DNA of 64,000 bases from the NCBI RefSeq assembly GCF_009914755.1, contig NC_060927.1; one strand, 5' to 3'. Below, in pieces: positions 24,128 through 35,262 of the stretch (the first letter of the stretch is position 1; each line of letters begins with the position of its first letter). The translations under genes were made by a program, and so were the position numbers. Source of the stretch: the human T2T-CHM13v2.0 reference genome, Homo sapiens. The notes under the pieces are model-generated. The model made no database searches and had not been told where the DNA came from. It saw only the letters and a list, made by a program, of their open reading frames with translations.

Positions 24128-24229
24128 TATCAATAAACTTTTAAGTGCTATTTTTTTCCAAGTCTGCTGCCTTACTTCTTTTGACGCTCCAGTGTACAGG
24201 TACTACAGAGTTATCATAGTGGGATACCG

Positions 24230-24560
24230 CTTACCTTTCCTCAGTGTCAGTTGTCAGTTCTTCTGTTATGTACTGGATCTGATATTTTCCTCTGTCTTGA
24301 TTTAGTCTCTCATTTTTCTGAGTCATATTCTCTAGAAATTTCCTAAGAAAACGTATGTGTAAAGTAAATATTCTGAACCCCTCAAGATTGGAAAATATCT
24401 TTATTCTACCTTCATACATGTTAATAATTTGGCTGGGTATAAAATTCTGGGTTGCAAATCTTTTTTTTTCTCAGAAAATTTTAACAGCTTCTGAAATTTC
24501 ATCTTCTTCTAGTTTCCAAGTTGCTACTGAGAAATTCAATCTTCCTATCATCTATTAAGT
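24230..24560 (-). mobile_element. Old L1M ORF1-region fragment
   Basis: atctttattctaccttcatac...ttggctgggtataaaattctgggttg matches the reverse complement of the L1 ORF1 3' part. Confidence 0.65.
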
Positions 24561-26009
24561 TGCTTACCGTATCTCCACTTGCCTTTTATCTTCCAAATAT
24601 ATGTTAAACTCTCATCTACTCTTGCTATTTCTCCCAATAACTTTGTTCTTCAGAGTATATGCTTTGTTTTTAAATTCCTGGACTGTAATTTTAGTAGGGT
24701 GTTGGTAGGACTAAGTGGGAAATTTATATGAACAGTCCACCATTGTTTACCCAAAGTTCAGTGGCATCTTTGTTTCCAGGTATTTAAACCCATGCAATCC
24801 TTTTGCATAAATTATCATACTATTCTATTAGCAACTCTGAGAGTAGGTAGTACTAGTCCCATTTAATGATTTAGCTGAGGTTCCAGAAATACTAGTAGTT
24901 TTCTTAAATTTAAAGAGCCAGACTGAGACAGATTCAAATTTAAAACTATGTTTTTTCCTACTCTACTCAGGCATAAGGGTCACTTGCAGCAATGACTTTG
25001 TGATGGGGATCACTAGTGATAAAACAAGTCAGACCATGGCTTCTCCATATCTTGCTACAATAAACTAATGCCACTGCTGTGATGTGAATTATTCCTTTGA
25101 ACTATTCTCTGAGCTGCAGAACACAAGCTTTCCTCTTCAATCATTCTTGTTATTCCAGAGTGGACATTGAAACATCAGAAACCAAATAATTGCTGGTAGT
25201 CTGGTTCATACAAACAGTGTACTACATGTATAAGAACAGACAAGGAAACTGAAATCATGGTGTTTGGGTCTGAATAAAATATATATATTTTAACATATAA
25301 TGATGCTATTTCAGAGTCCAGCACACAATGAAATAACTTCCTCTTTGAAGCTTTTACTTAAATTCCCACATAGAGCACAAATAGCATTCTCTAATTTGAA
25401 AACAAAAAGTAAGTAATTGCTTTCAAAGTCCAGTCTTTTAAAAACATAGCAGTCTTTCAGCTAAGTAGTTATTCTCAAAAAGGAAAAGGGACTTTTCAAT
25501 GAGTATTTATAAACAAGCATACATGCCCAATAATTTATAGTGTGTTTATGTGTCACTTCAACTTTCTGTGAAGTGATTATGACAGCAGACACACATCATG
25601 TTAAATGATGCCATCCTGAAGAAAGTTTTCAGGTAACATACCTCCTGAAGGGTTTTAAACTCTTTTCTCATTCAGAGGTTTGCCTGTTGCTTTTCCAGGT
25701 TGCATGCCAGGTTCTTACCCCCCCTTATTTTATCATCCAGTTAGCCCCAACGTCATCTTCATGTAGGTTAAACAACCCAAATAAAAGGAGGAAATATTTA
25801 GGACAAGCAATGAAAGAGTGAAACTAGGCAGGACCTTCTCCAACCTGGGGCAAATCTTCTACCACTTGGACCCTTAGGTATCTCATCTTTGAAATGAAAT
25901 AATACAAATAGATCTTCAAGTTCCCCCTTTCAGCTCTTGAATACTATTTATGCATCGTTGATTAATCAACTTCCACGAATTATCTCAAACCAGCCACCAC
26001 TGCTTCAGT

Positions 26010-26670
26010 TCATGAGTGACCATGAAAAATGTTTTCATCAGGCATCATGCTCAAGAGCTGGGAATATCGAGGCAAATTAACAGACACAGTCCTTAGCCTC
26101 ATTGAGTTCATGGTCCAGAGGGAAAGGCAGACTAAAACAAACTTTCAAATAAATAATAATTGTGATAAATGATGTGAAAGATAACCACAGAGTGTTGGGA
26201 GAAAAAGTAAGAGGAAAAGGATAATTTAGACAGGGGTGGGAAATGTTTTCAAGAAAGCTTCATTGAAATGCCAAGAGATCCACAGACTGAGGGGTTGCTA
26301 GCCAACTGAAGAGTGATGGAAACAGCATTCCAAGCATATGAAGCAGCATGTGTAGAGAGCTGAGGAATTAAAGAGCTCGAGTATTCAAGGAACTATAAGA
26401 AGACCACATGGCTAAAGCATGGAGGGATTGGCCTGAGATTAAGTTAAAGGTGGGCTCCCAAAGCCTGCAGAGCCTCGCCAGTATGATGAGCACCTTATAA
26501 TACATCAGAAAGGCAGAGAGAACCTGCTGAAAGATGTTTAAGCAAGAAATAGAGATGATTTGATTACATTTTTAAAACATTACCCCACCACTGCACACAC
26601 ATTGAGTTGGAGGAGGACAAAAAGAGATGAAGCAGTGAGACTGGCTAGATGGTGAGGCAATTGTAGAGAA
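26010..26670 (-). mobile_element. L2 fragment
   Basis: acagacacagtccttagcctcattgagttcatggtccagagg...cagcattccaagca, typical L2 antisense sequence. Confidence 0.6.
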
Positions 26671-28191
26671 GAGGGTGGATTTTGTAATCTTGGGACATCC
26701 TCACTTTGGGTCTGTGGATGGCTGTGCTGTACAGTGGGGTATCTTGACTTCATGTCTCATACTACCTGGACATATTCATTCCTGTATCTCCCCTCTAAAG
26801 AGACTTACTTTGTTGAAATCCTGTTGTCTCTCCAGGTTGTCATCTTGCATAGCATTCTACATAATCCATATCTGATCCATGAGAATCACATACTTGTTGG
26901 ACTCACCAACCCTTTTCCTAACAAGCTTTTGGAGTGCAGGCCTTGTTCACACAGCTGTCTCCTCAGTAGGCTGACAGGACCCCTGGCCACCCACGTCTCT
27001 TATTTTTAGTTTTTTCCAAGAATGGGTATGGCCACAGCCATATGTCCCACAGACTCACATAGGTCAAGCTGTTAAAATAGTCTCCTTGAAACCCTCTCAG
27101 GACTGAGGAGACAACAGAGCACACCCCATCCTTCTCATCATGGTAAAGGAGGAGGGATAAGACTGATAGTGCCTCAACAACTCTGCAAAGAAATACTCTC
27201 TCCACTACCTCACCTTTCTTCCTCTTTTCTAATACATGAGATGCTTGGTCATCTAAGAGTGGCAAAAATACATTTTGGCACCTTTTTGAGACTTGCCTGG
27301 GAACCTACCATCTTACTTTGGGATATCAGAGCAGATGGCATTCTCTTGTCTGTGACTAGATGAAGGCAGAACACACCCATTTTAACATCCGTCTTAAGCT
27401 TTATCCAGCCACTTTCTGAAATAATGAACACCGGTGTGCAGCACCTGCCATCTTCCTGAAGCCCCCACACCCTGCCCTCTTATTAGGCCTCCCAGTTCCT
27501 CTCCAGTGCTCCTGCCTTGGGCCTTTGTGCATGAAGATACCAGGATGGCTCTCTGCCTTTTCTTCTCAGCCTTCTTTCTTCTCACTCCATGATAGCACCC
27601 TGTCCCAAGAAGCTAAGTGACTCACCGCAGCCACAATTTCATTATCATTCGCATCTTCTTCCTCTTTCCCCAGGCTGGGGTTGGCATCTGATTGAGTCCT
27701 CTCTCCCCTTCTTTAGAAGACTGTCAGCCCCACTCTCACACAGACCTGCCCTTCCCCCTTAATCAGTCATTTTCCTGAGAATTTATCCAACGGCTCAGTT
27801 CCTGTGATAGAAATACAGAAGAAAATACATCAAATTTCGGGACTTGCACTACTCAGTAAGACACAGAAAAGTAGAATTGAGTAACCTACATGAAAAGCAA
27901 AGAAAATGGAATTTACTAGCTTGAATTGAGAGAACAAAGGGCATGGAGGAGGCTTAGAGTTCCTGGAGTAGTGAATAGGAAAGATGGAGATAAACCAGAG
28001 TGTATACCTTAGGTAGAAAATGCAGGAGAAAGCAAAAGAATCTACCATATATATTTTTTTTCTATTTTGAAAGCTTCATGAAAAAGTTGTAGGAAAGAAT
28101 TACCTGGGGAACCTCATTTTCTGTGATTTTAGACTAATCAGCAGGAAATGGCAGGTTGTATCCTAACCAAAGTTTGCCATGTACCTGACAG

Positions 28192-28292
28192 GAACAAATG
28201 CTAAGCATGGACTGCGCTGCAAAGCCTGTAAGATGAGCATCCACCACAAGTGCACAGATGGCCTGGCACCCCAGCGGTGCATGGGCAAGCTG
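28192..28292 (+). CDS. STAC: STAC coding exon (probable exon 3, 101 bp): C-terminal half of the C1 domain, (G)TNAKHGLRCKACKMSIHHKCTDGLAPQRCMGKL
   Basis: Acceptor ctgacag|GA and donor CTG|gtaagg. Carries the CxxC, H, C and C zinc ligands of a C1 domain. Phase 1 to 0. Confidence 0.96.
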
Positions 28293-28516
28293 GTAAGGGC
28301 TTGTGCCAGGAGTGAGGCCCACACCTCTCTGCTAGGGCACTTGCCTGCTGCAGTGAGATCACCCCCTCCAAAATCCTTCCCTGAAACCCTGAGCAAAGCA
28401 CCCCAGAACTGGCTGCCAGCTTGGCTTCCTAATTGGCGTAATCAGAAAACAAGGACAAGGGCTTTGTCAACCCAATCAACAATGCCCCACCTTGAAAGGG
28501 AGTCAGGGTCATTAAC

Positions 28517-28662
28517 AGAGTGACCAACTTCTCCCAGGTTGGCACTTTCTCAGTTTTAATACTGAAAGTCCCACATCCTGGGTCTGTTCAGGTTTTAAAA
28601 GTGAAAGTCATGCATCTCAGGAACCCCCTAAGTCCCAGGCAAACTAATGGTTGGTCACTCTA
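28517..28662. mobile_element. MER81-like hAT-Blackjack MITE
   Basis: Perfect 12-bp TIRs agagtgaccaac (28517-28528) and gttggtcactct (28650-28661). Confidence 0.75.
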
Positions 28663-28870
28663 GTGCTTCCTTGGTGGTCAGCTCAGTGGGTAGCAAGAGA
28701 GGACAAGAGCTAAGCCCCCACAAAAGAGGAGAGAGTAATAAATATCTGCACCACTTTAACAGAATCTCCCAAACCAAGGGAGATTGAATGGCCCTTGAGA
28801 TGGCTGATCATACCATCTCAGGAGGATGGGCTTCAGTCCTGGTGCCACATATTGATTAAGAGGCAATTCA

Positions 28871-29152
28871 AGCCAGGCACAATGGCTCACGCCTATAATC
28901 CCAACACTTTGGACACCAAGGTGGGTTGATCCCTTAAGCCCAGGAGTTCGAGACCAGCCTGGGCAACATGGCATGACCCTGTCTCTACAAAAATTTAAAA
29001 ATTAGCTGAGTGTGGTGGTGTGTGCCTGTAGTTCCAGCTACTCAGGAGGCTGAGATTAGAGGATCGCTTGAGCCCAGAAGGCAGAGGTTTCAGTAAGCCA
29101 TTATTGCGCAACTGTACTCTAGCTTGGGTGACAGTGAGAACCTGTCTCAAAA
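28871..29152 (+). mobile_element. AluJ
   Basis: Dimeric Alu with the AluJ-type gcccaggagttcgagaccagcctgggcaacat and gaggatcgcttgagcccag. Confidence 0.9.
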
Positions 29153-30176
29153 ATTTTTTTTCAAAAAGCAATCCAGAGCGCATTTGAGGGTGTTTGAAAC
29201 TAGGATGGCCAAAGAATTGTAGAAAGGACGAAGAATGTCTACCCTAGAGAATAATTAGACAGGACATCAACAGCTGTCTTCAACAATTTTAGACCTAAAA
29301 TTTAGAAGAGTAACTCCATTGTCCTTTGAGGCTCCTGGGGAAAGACCTAAGATCAGTGGATACTAAGTCTTAACAATAAAAGATAATGTCTTGCTTCCAG
29401 GGTTAGTGAATGCTCCTTCACCCCCTCCCATCACTGACAGTGTAATGACAAGGGACACCACTTTCCAGGAACATTAGACAGGATTCTGGAATTCTAGAAG
29501 GGACTGGGCCACCAAGTTCCCATCCAGTAATGGAGTACAGTGAAGTCCAGGTTCTTAGTTTATCTATTTACTCTGATTTGCAATGTCTCTTTTCTCAAAC
29601 CTCTGCCTCCCCTGCTTCCCCTTCTCCTTCTCCAGTGGTGATTCCCATAAGCCAAGACAGACCATGAAGGAGAGGTCAGAAAAACAGAGAATAGAATCCA
29701 GATTACAGAGCAAATGATTCTGGCTAAAGCTCTTCAGATATACAGGAGCTTTTAGGCCTCCCTCTGAGGTCCACTTACCCATGCCCAGGCCTTTTATTTA
29801 TATTATTTTAACAAACCACAATAACAAACTGTGGTGAAATAATATGTGGCAGTCCACTTGTAATCCAGGAGGCAATGAGGATCTGGGATGCAAAGGAGGC
29901 TGCAGTGCACTGCAGGAGGAGGACAGACACGACTGGGGAGGCCAGGGCCAGGACCTTGTTTTCTGGATAGAGTGTAACTTGCTAGTTGCCACTATTCCTC
30001 CCTGCCTCTGTGTCCCTGCTGGGATTAAATTGTGGAATTATAGGATAAGTCGGCATGTTAATGGGAGACAGGAGGGTGCTCCTGGAGAAACCAATTGGTT
30101 TTATTTAGGGAGCTCTTGTATGGTTTTCTCCATCTCCAGTGACATTAACCCCTTGCCTTCCTCATTCTCTCTCCAG

Positions 30177-30258
30177 CCAAAGGGGTTTCGGCGTTACTAC
30201 AGCTCCCCCTTGCTCATTCATGAACAGTTTGGCTGCATTAAAGAAGTTATGCCCATTG
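30177..30258 (+). CDS. STAC: STAC coding exon (probable exon 4, 82 bp): PKGFRRYYSSPLLIHEQFGCIKEVMPI(A)
   Basis: Long pyrimidine tract with ctccag|CCA and donor ATTG|gtgagt. Phase 0 to 1. Confidence 0.96.
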
Positions 30259-31333
30259 GTGAGTTGGGACATTGATGGGTTGAGTTGAGTTTGAAGCAGC
30301 AAAGTTAACATTAATGGCTACTGTCCTCCCATGGCTGCAAAACCCGTGGGGTATCTCTGTGTGTTTGTTTGGTGGCTATTTGGGGTATGACTGTGTGTTT
30401 TGCTGGAAGGGAAACATAAAGTGGACCAAATTCTCCAGGAATTTTCATCCTCTCCCTGATGAAGCTCAGAAAACAACTAAATCCCAAAGGCTACTGATTA
30501 GTAATTCCACCATCAGCAGCATGGTGGAGTGGAAAGAACACGGAGAATGGCTTCCCCCAGACCAGGCTCTAAGCCCAGCTCCCTATTGACAACTGTGTGT
30601 CTTTGAACAAGTTACTTGACCTGTCAACCCCCACAAAATGAGAACAGCAATTGCTGCTTTTCATAATTGCTATAAAAAATAAATATAGGTTATTCACCCA
30701 TGCTTAGTAGGAGCTCAGTGAATATATTATTCTCTAATGCAGATCAAAAGATGCCCTCTATTTATTGATAGCTTTGGCTTGGATTCTTCTCTAACAATAT
30801 CTTTCAGTTTACTTCTATTATTTTTTTTCTCTCTCTGAAAATCTCGACATCTATTTTTGCTTTTTTTAGGGGGGGCAAGTTTTAAACTAGAAATTTATAA
30901 GTTAGAAAGCTTTTAATTAGAAATTAATGAAGCCCAGTAGTGACAAGTTATTTCTAAAACAGTTGCCTCCTACTGCAAACTTTGTGTCTCAAGTCTTTGT
31001 ACCTTGGTGAGCACAGCCTCCCAGTAGAGGAGATAAAGCTGATCCCTGCAAGAACCTGGAAATCAGAGAGGAATAACGAAAGAGGAAATTCAATCAGGAA
31101 GAATTCGGGAGCAGAGTACTAGCTGGTACATGGCAGGACCTGCAAATGGGAGCATGCTGGGTGGGGGTGCATCTGTGAGGAACACTTGGCCATGAAAGCC
31201 CTGTCTACCCAGAGGCTAAGTTCCTCTGCACAGAGCCTGCTTCTCAGGCGCTGTTCACCCAGGAGATGTGGTAGGCAGTTGGCTGGGTCCTCTCAGATGA
31301 GCTTCCTCAGATGAACTTTCTCTTCTGTTGCAG

Positions 31334-31449
31334 CCTGTGGCAATAAGGTGGACCCTGTCTACGAGACCCTCCGCTTCGGCACCTCCCTGGCCCAGAGGAC
31401 AAAGAAGGGCAGCTCCGGCAGTGGCTCTGACTCACCTCACAGAACCTCT
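31334..31449 (+). CDS. STAC: STAC coding exon (probable exon 5, 116 bp): (A)CGNKVDPVYETLRFGTSLAQRTKKGSSGSGSDSPHRTS
   Basis: Acceptor tgttgcag|CC and donor TCT|gtaatt. Contains the STAC-family motif KVDPVYETLRFGTSLA. Phase 1 to 0. Confidence 0.96.
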
Positions 31450-32368
31450 GTAATTATCCTCTTCCTTCCTCGGTTTGTCTGTGGTGGTCTTGGGCAGAGC
31501 GGGCCTCAGGCACTGCAGTATGGGGTATTCCACCTGACTGCCTCATGAGGGCAGGTCTGCAGGGAGTCAGGCACCTGCCAAAGAGAAACCCAAAGTGCTT
31601 TGAGCCACTAAGGATTAACTTCCTGTTGTCAACACCAAGGGATTATTTTACTTTCCTGTCCAAAGACCATCCCCTTGGCCTCATGCTCCTTGACCCTTCC
31701 CATGGACCCCCTCTCCTTTACCCTCCCACCAACATTAGATAACATATGAGTCAACATACAGAAATGTTTGGCTCAAACAATGGTCAGGAACTTGGAAATC
31801 CTGGCTATTTCCAGTTTTCCGTTTAGCTACATTCCAGTTCAAAGACACAGCTATTTCTCACATCTTTTGTCTTTTCTCTCTAAGAGAGGGCACACCTCTT
31901 GATTGCACACAAAAACTGCACTCTCAAAGTTACTTGAACTGTGACTCTGTGGGACACTCACTCTTCCAAGCACCTCTCCTAAGTTCTATCTGACTTAAAC
32001 TGAGTGTTCCTTGCATCTCTGTGACCTGTTATCATCATCTTGTCTCTGGTTGTTTCAACCAGAATTTCTATAAATGCTCCAAGATGCCATACAACTCTGC
32101 AGCCCATGCTGAAAGCCACCATTCCTCCAGCAAAGAGGCAAGGACCTTCCAGTTCACATGGCCACTTAGGATAGCCAGCTCCTAGTTTCCATTTCCATTG
32201 TTGCAGCCCCTGCTGGACTGGAAGCTTCTAGGCAAGACACAGATGAGCCTTCAAATGGTCTGCCCCACTGAGTCCTCTCAACATCAAGTGACTAGGTGGA
32301 TTGTGGGAAGAGGGGCAGGGCACATGCCTGGGAGGGGTTCTCAGAGACTGAGTTGAAGCAGCTTCCTC

Positions 32369-32534
32369 ATTGGGTGCAGGTTAAGCCACAAGATTGTAGG
32401 TAGGTGAATAGGAATGTAGGTCGGGTAGGCAAGTAGGTGGGTTTATAGGTCCTCTATTGGGTGCAGTTTAAGCCACAAGATTGTAGGTAGGTGAATAGGT
32501 CGGGTAGGCAAGTAGGTAGGATTATAGGTCCTCT
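32369..32534. repeat. Two-copy tandem duplication (87 bp + 79 bp)
   Basis: attgggtgcag.ttaagccacaagattgtaggtaggtgaatagg...tataggtcctct occurs twice. Confidence 0.95.
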
Positions 32535-33307
32535 GCCTGATGCCATGTGGCTATCCTCAAAGCCATCTTTAAACTCACTGAAAGCCCTGTTCTTCATGCA
32601 TCCACTGATTTCTAAGAGGAAAGAACTAAAAATAATTTTTACTCTTTTTCCTTACTGTACATAAAATTGACATCAGATAGTTCTTTCTTCTACTCAGTTA
32701 GCAGACATGAATGAAGGGCCTACAGTTTACTAGCACTGTAGGGGACACAAAAGAAGAGGAAGTCATAGCTTTTACCCTTAGAATTCACAACTTATTTCTG
32801 AAGACCAAACCAATAGCGAAGAAATTTGACAATGGTGGCATTGTTTACCATTTTTAAAAAAATACACTTTTATATGTCTTATCCCATTTTATTAAGATTG
32901 AGAACGTAACATACACGTGTTAAGGATATTATAATGACTGTGTCATATGAGTACTGAAGCATTTCATAGTAAAGATGAAAAATGTTTCGCTTCGGTAGAC
33001 ATTGCCTCAAAGCAGTGAGGGGATAATGTGTGTCATTTTAAGATACCTGATGACCTCCTTAGGGAGGAGATCATTGTTATTTGGCATCCACAAGATAATG
33101 CTAATTCTTTTACTGAAAGAAGGATAAAAATGGTGCTAAATGTGATGAAAATATACAAAGCATACATGGGTAGGATTTATATGTAAATAAAGGCTGCTTA
33201 GGTTGGGTAACAATAATATACATAAAGTGTTTAGCACAGGGCCTGACATAATTGACACTCAATGAATGGAAATTGTTACTGTTCTATATTTTAATTCATT
33301 TAAAAAT

Positions 33308-33433
33308 ATTTTTTGAGAGATGGGGTCTTGCTCTATTGCCCAGGCTGGCCTCAAACTCCTGGAGTCAAATGATCCTCCTGTCTGAGTGTACTGAGTAGCT
33401 GGGATTACAGGTGCATGCCACTGCACCCAGCTG
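33308..33433 (-). mobile_element. Alu monomer (FLAM-like)
   Basis: gagatggggtcttgctctattgcccaggctggcctcaaactcctgg...gggattacaggtgcatgccactgcacccagc. Confidence 0.8.
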
Positions 33434-33659
33434 TTTCATTTTCATTACGCATCTAGCCTTAACAGTGTTTTCTTTGAACCTGAATTATTGTGAAGTTAAA
33501 CAAGGAAGTAATCCATTAACAAGGCAAATATGTTACCTGAGAAGGGCATTTCCCAGAGCCACTCATGCTTGGGCAGTGTTAGAAACCCCTGACTTACTCG
33601 AGGGTAACTTCGCTGTTCTGCTCAGCCCATCTCCTTCTCTGATGTGTCCTCCTGTAACT

Positions 33660-34500
33660 CCTTAAGTTGGAGTGTTCCCAGGGGTCTGCTTTTGCTTGGT
33701 CTTCTTATTCTACTCTCTTTGGTTGATCTCTGTCACATTCCTTTAGTTCAAGCACCGTCTCTACATTGATGACTCCCTTAGGTATTTCCTCTTGCCCAAG
33801 CACCAAACCAGTCCTACAGATATTGCAAAATCAGCAGATTCAGACTAAACTCATATTCCACGAGTGATTAGGTCCTATAATTCAAAACTGAGAAATAATA
33901 TCAAAGATACCCTTAGTATTTATCACCAGTACTAGAGGTTTGAACCTCATTATCTCTCACCTAGATTATTATAAAGAAATAACCGTGCTACCCTTTTCAG
34001 CCTACCCTTGACAGTACCCCCTGATTTATCGACCCTTAAAGAAAGGCTTTGCGCCACTTCCCTAATTAAAATCCTCTATTAAGTTGCTTATGTCAGAACA
34101 ACGATGCCCAAACTCTTAGGCATGGGCTATGAGTCCTGCCATTACCCTAAAAACCCACTTTCCCCTGAACTCCCCAAGCCCTATAACATATCCATTCCTT
34201 AGAACATGTTGCTCCACCGAGTTGAAATTTTTTAAGACCCACTCTATTTTTATACAAACAATGAAGAGTCCCCAGACTCCCCCATGCATGGTGAGTTGCT
34301 CCTCCCACAAGCCTTCAAGAATTCCTTTCTTATAGAATATATATGATTGCATTGTAATCATCTGCTTTTGTGTCTATTCCCTGAATAAATACTGAGTATC
34401 TAGTGAGTATCTAGGTCCCGTTCCTTATTCATCTCATTACATCAGGGACTCATAGAGTGCCTGGCACATAGTGAATACTCAAGAAATGTGTGAAGAATGA
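33660..34500 (+). mobile_element. Degenerate L2 fragments
   Basis: catctacattgatgactccc-like motif, with the L2 3' end agagtgcctggcacatagtgaatactcaagaaatg at about 34455-34490. Confidence 0.55.
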
Positions 34501-35071
34501 GGAAGAATTAACAAGGGACTTTTGAAGACTGACCTCAGAATCCTCCGGGATCCGCACAACACTTCATTTCTCACACCTTAAGCTCTGGGCACAGTTTGCC
34601 GTTTTCTGCATAGCCATGCTCTGTCCAGACATTCAAACTATCTCCACCTCTGTCAGACAACATCTGTCCAAGCTTCTGGGTCTGGTTGGGCACCCACCTC
34701 TTCCCTGGTGCCCCGGAGCATCCAGTTCATTAATCCATTAGTTATATATTGCTTAGTAATTTTCACTTTTTTGTTTGATTTTTCTCTCACTTTCCCAGTC
34801 CTCTCCTCAATTAGACTAACCTCCTTAAATGCAAGGATTCTTTTATTCACAGCTTTGTGTTTTCATTACTTTATACCAGTGATTCTCAAATGCTGGGGCA
34901 TATCAGAATCCCCTGGAGAATTCTGTAACACTATAAAGGCCCAGGTTCTGCCAGCCCTTTGTAGAGTGTCAATACATATGTGGTGAGTGCACGAATCAAT
35001 GAATGAATGAGCACCCTCCTCAGTCAAAACTGCCTAAACTTCTGTAATAGAGGGCTGGCAATGAGCTAAAT

Positions 35072-35262
35072 CAGTGGTTCTCAGTGTGTGGTCTCCGGAT
35101 CTGCAGCATCAGCATCACCTGGAAACTTGTTAGAAATGCAAATTTGGGTTTCTGTCTCTCAGAACTGCAAAATCTGAAAATCTGATTTGGGGAGCCGAAC
35201 GATTTCCATTTTAAAAACCCCTCCAGGTGATTCTGATGCACATTAAAGTTGGAGAATTACTG
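35072..35262 (+). mobile_element. MER5A hAT-Charlie MITE
   Basis: cagtggttctcagtgtgtggtc...cagcatcagcatcacctggaaacttgttagaaatgcaaat...gagaattactg, with 8-bp TSD agYtaaat at 35064-35071 and 35263-35270. Confidence 0.9.

Noticed and set aside
28158-28167. GTATCCTAAC as a U12 (minor spliceosome) signal
   Set aside because: It departs from both GTATCCTT and TCCTTAAC and fits a U2 branch point equally well. The intron's donor is outside the window, so it cannot be tested.
29844-30176. 111-codon in-frame extension upstream of the 82-bp exon as an alternative N-terminus
   Set aside because: No promoter evidence and no recognisable protein features, and the normal acceptor at 30176 is strong.
32369-32534. 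CRISPR-like or telomere-like array
   Set aside because: Only two copies, no spacers, no TTAGGG units, and the context is a eukaryotic intron.
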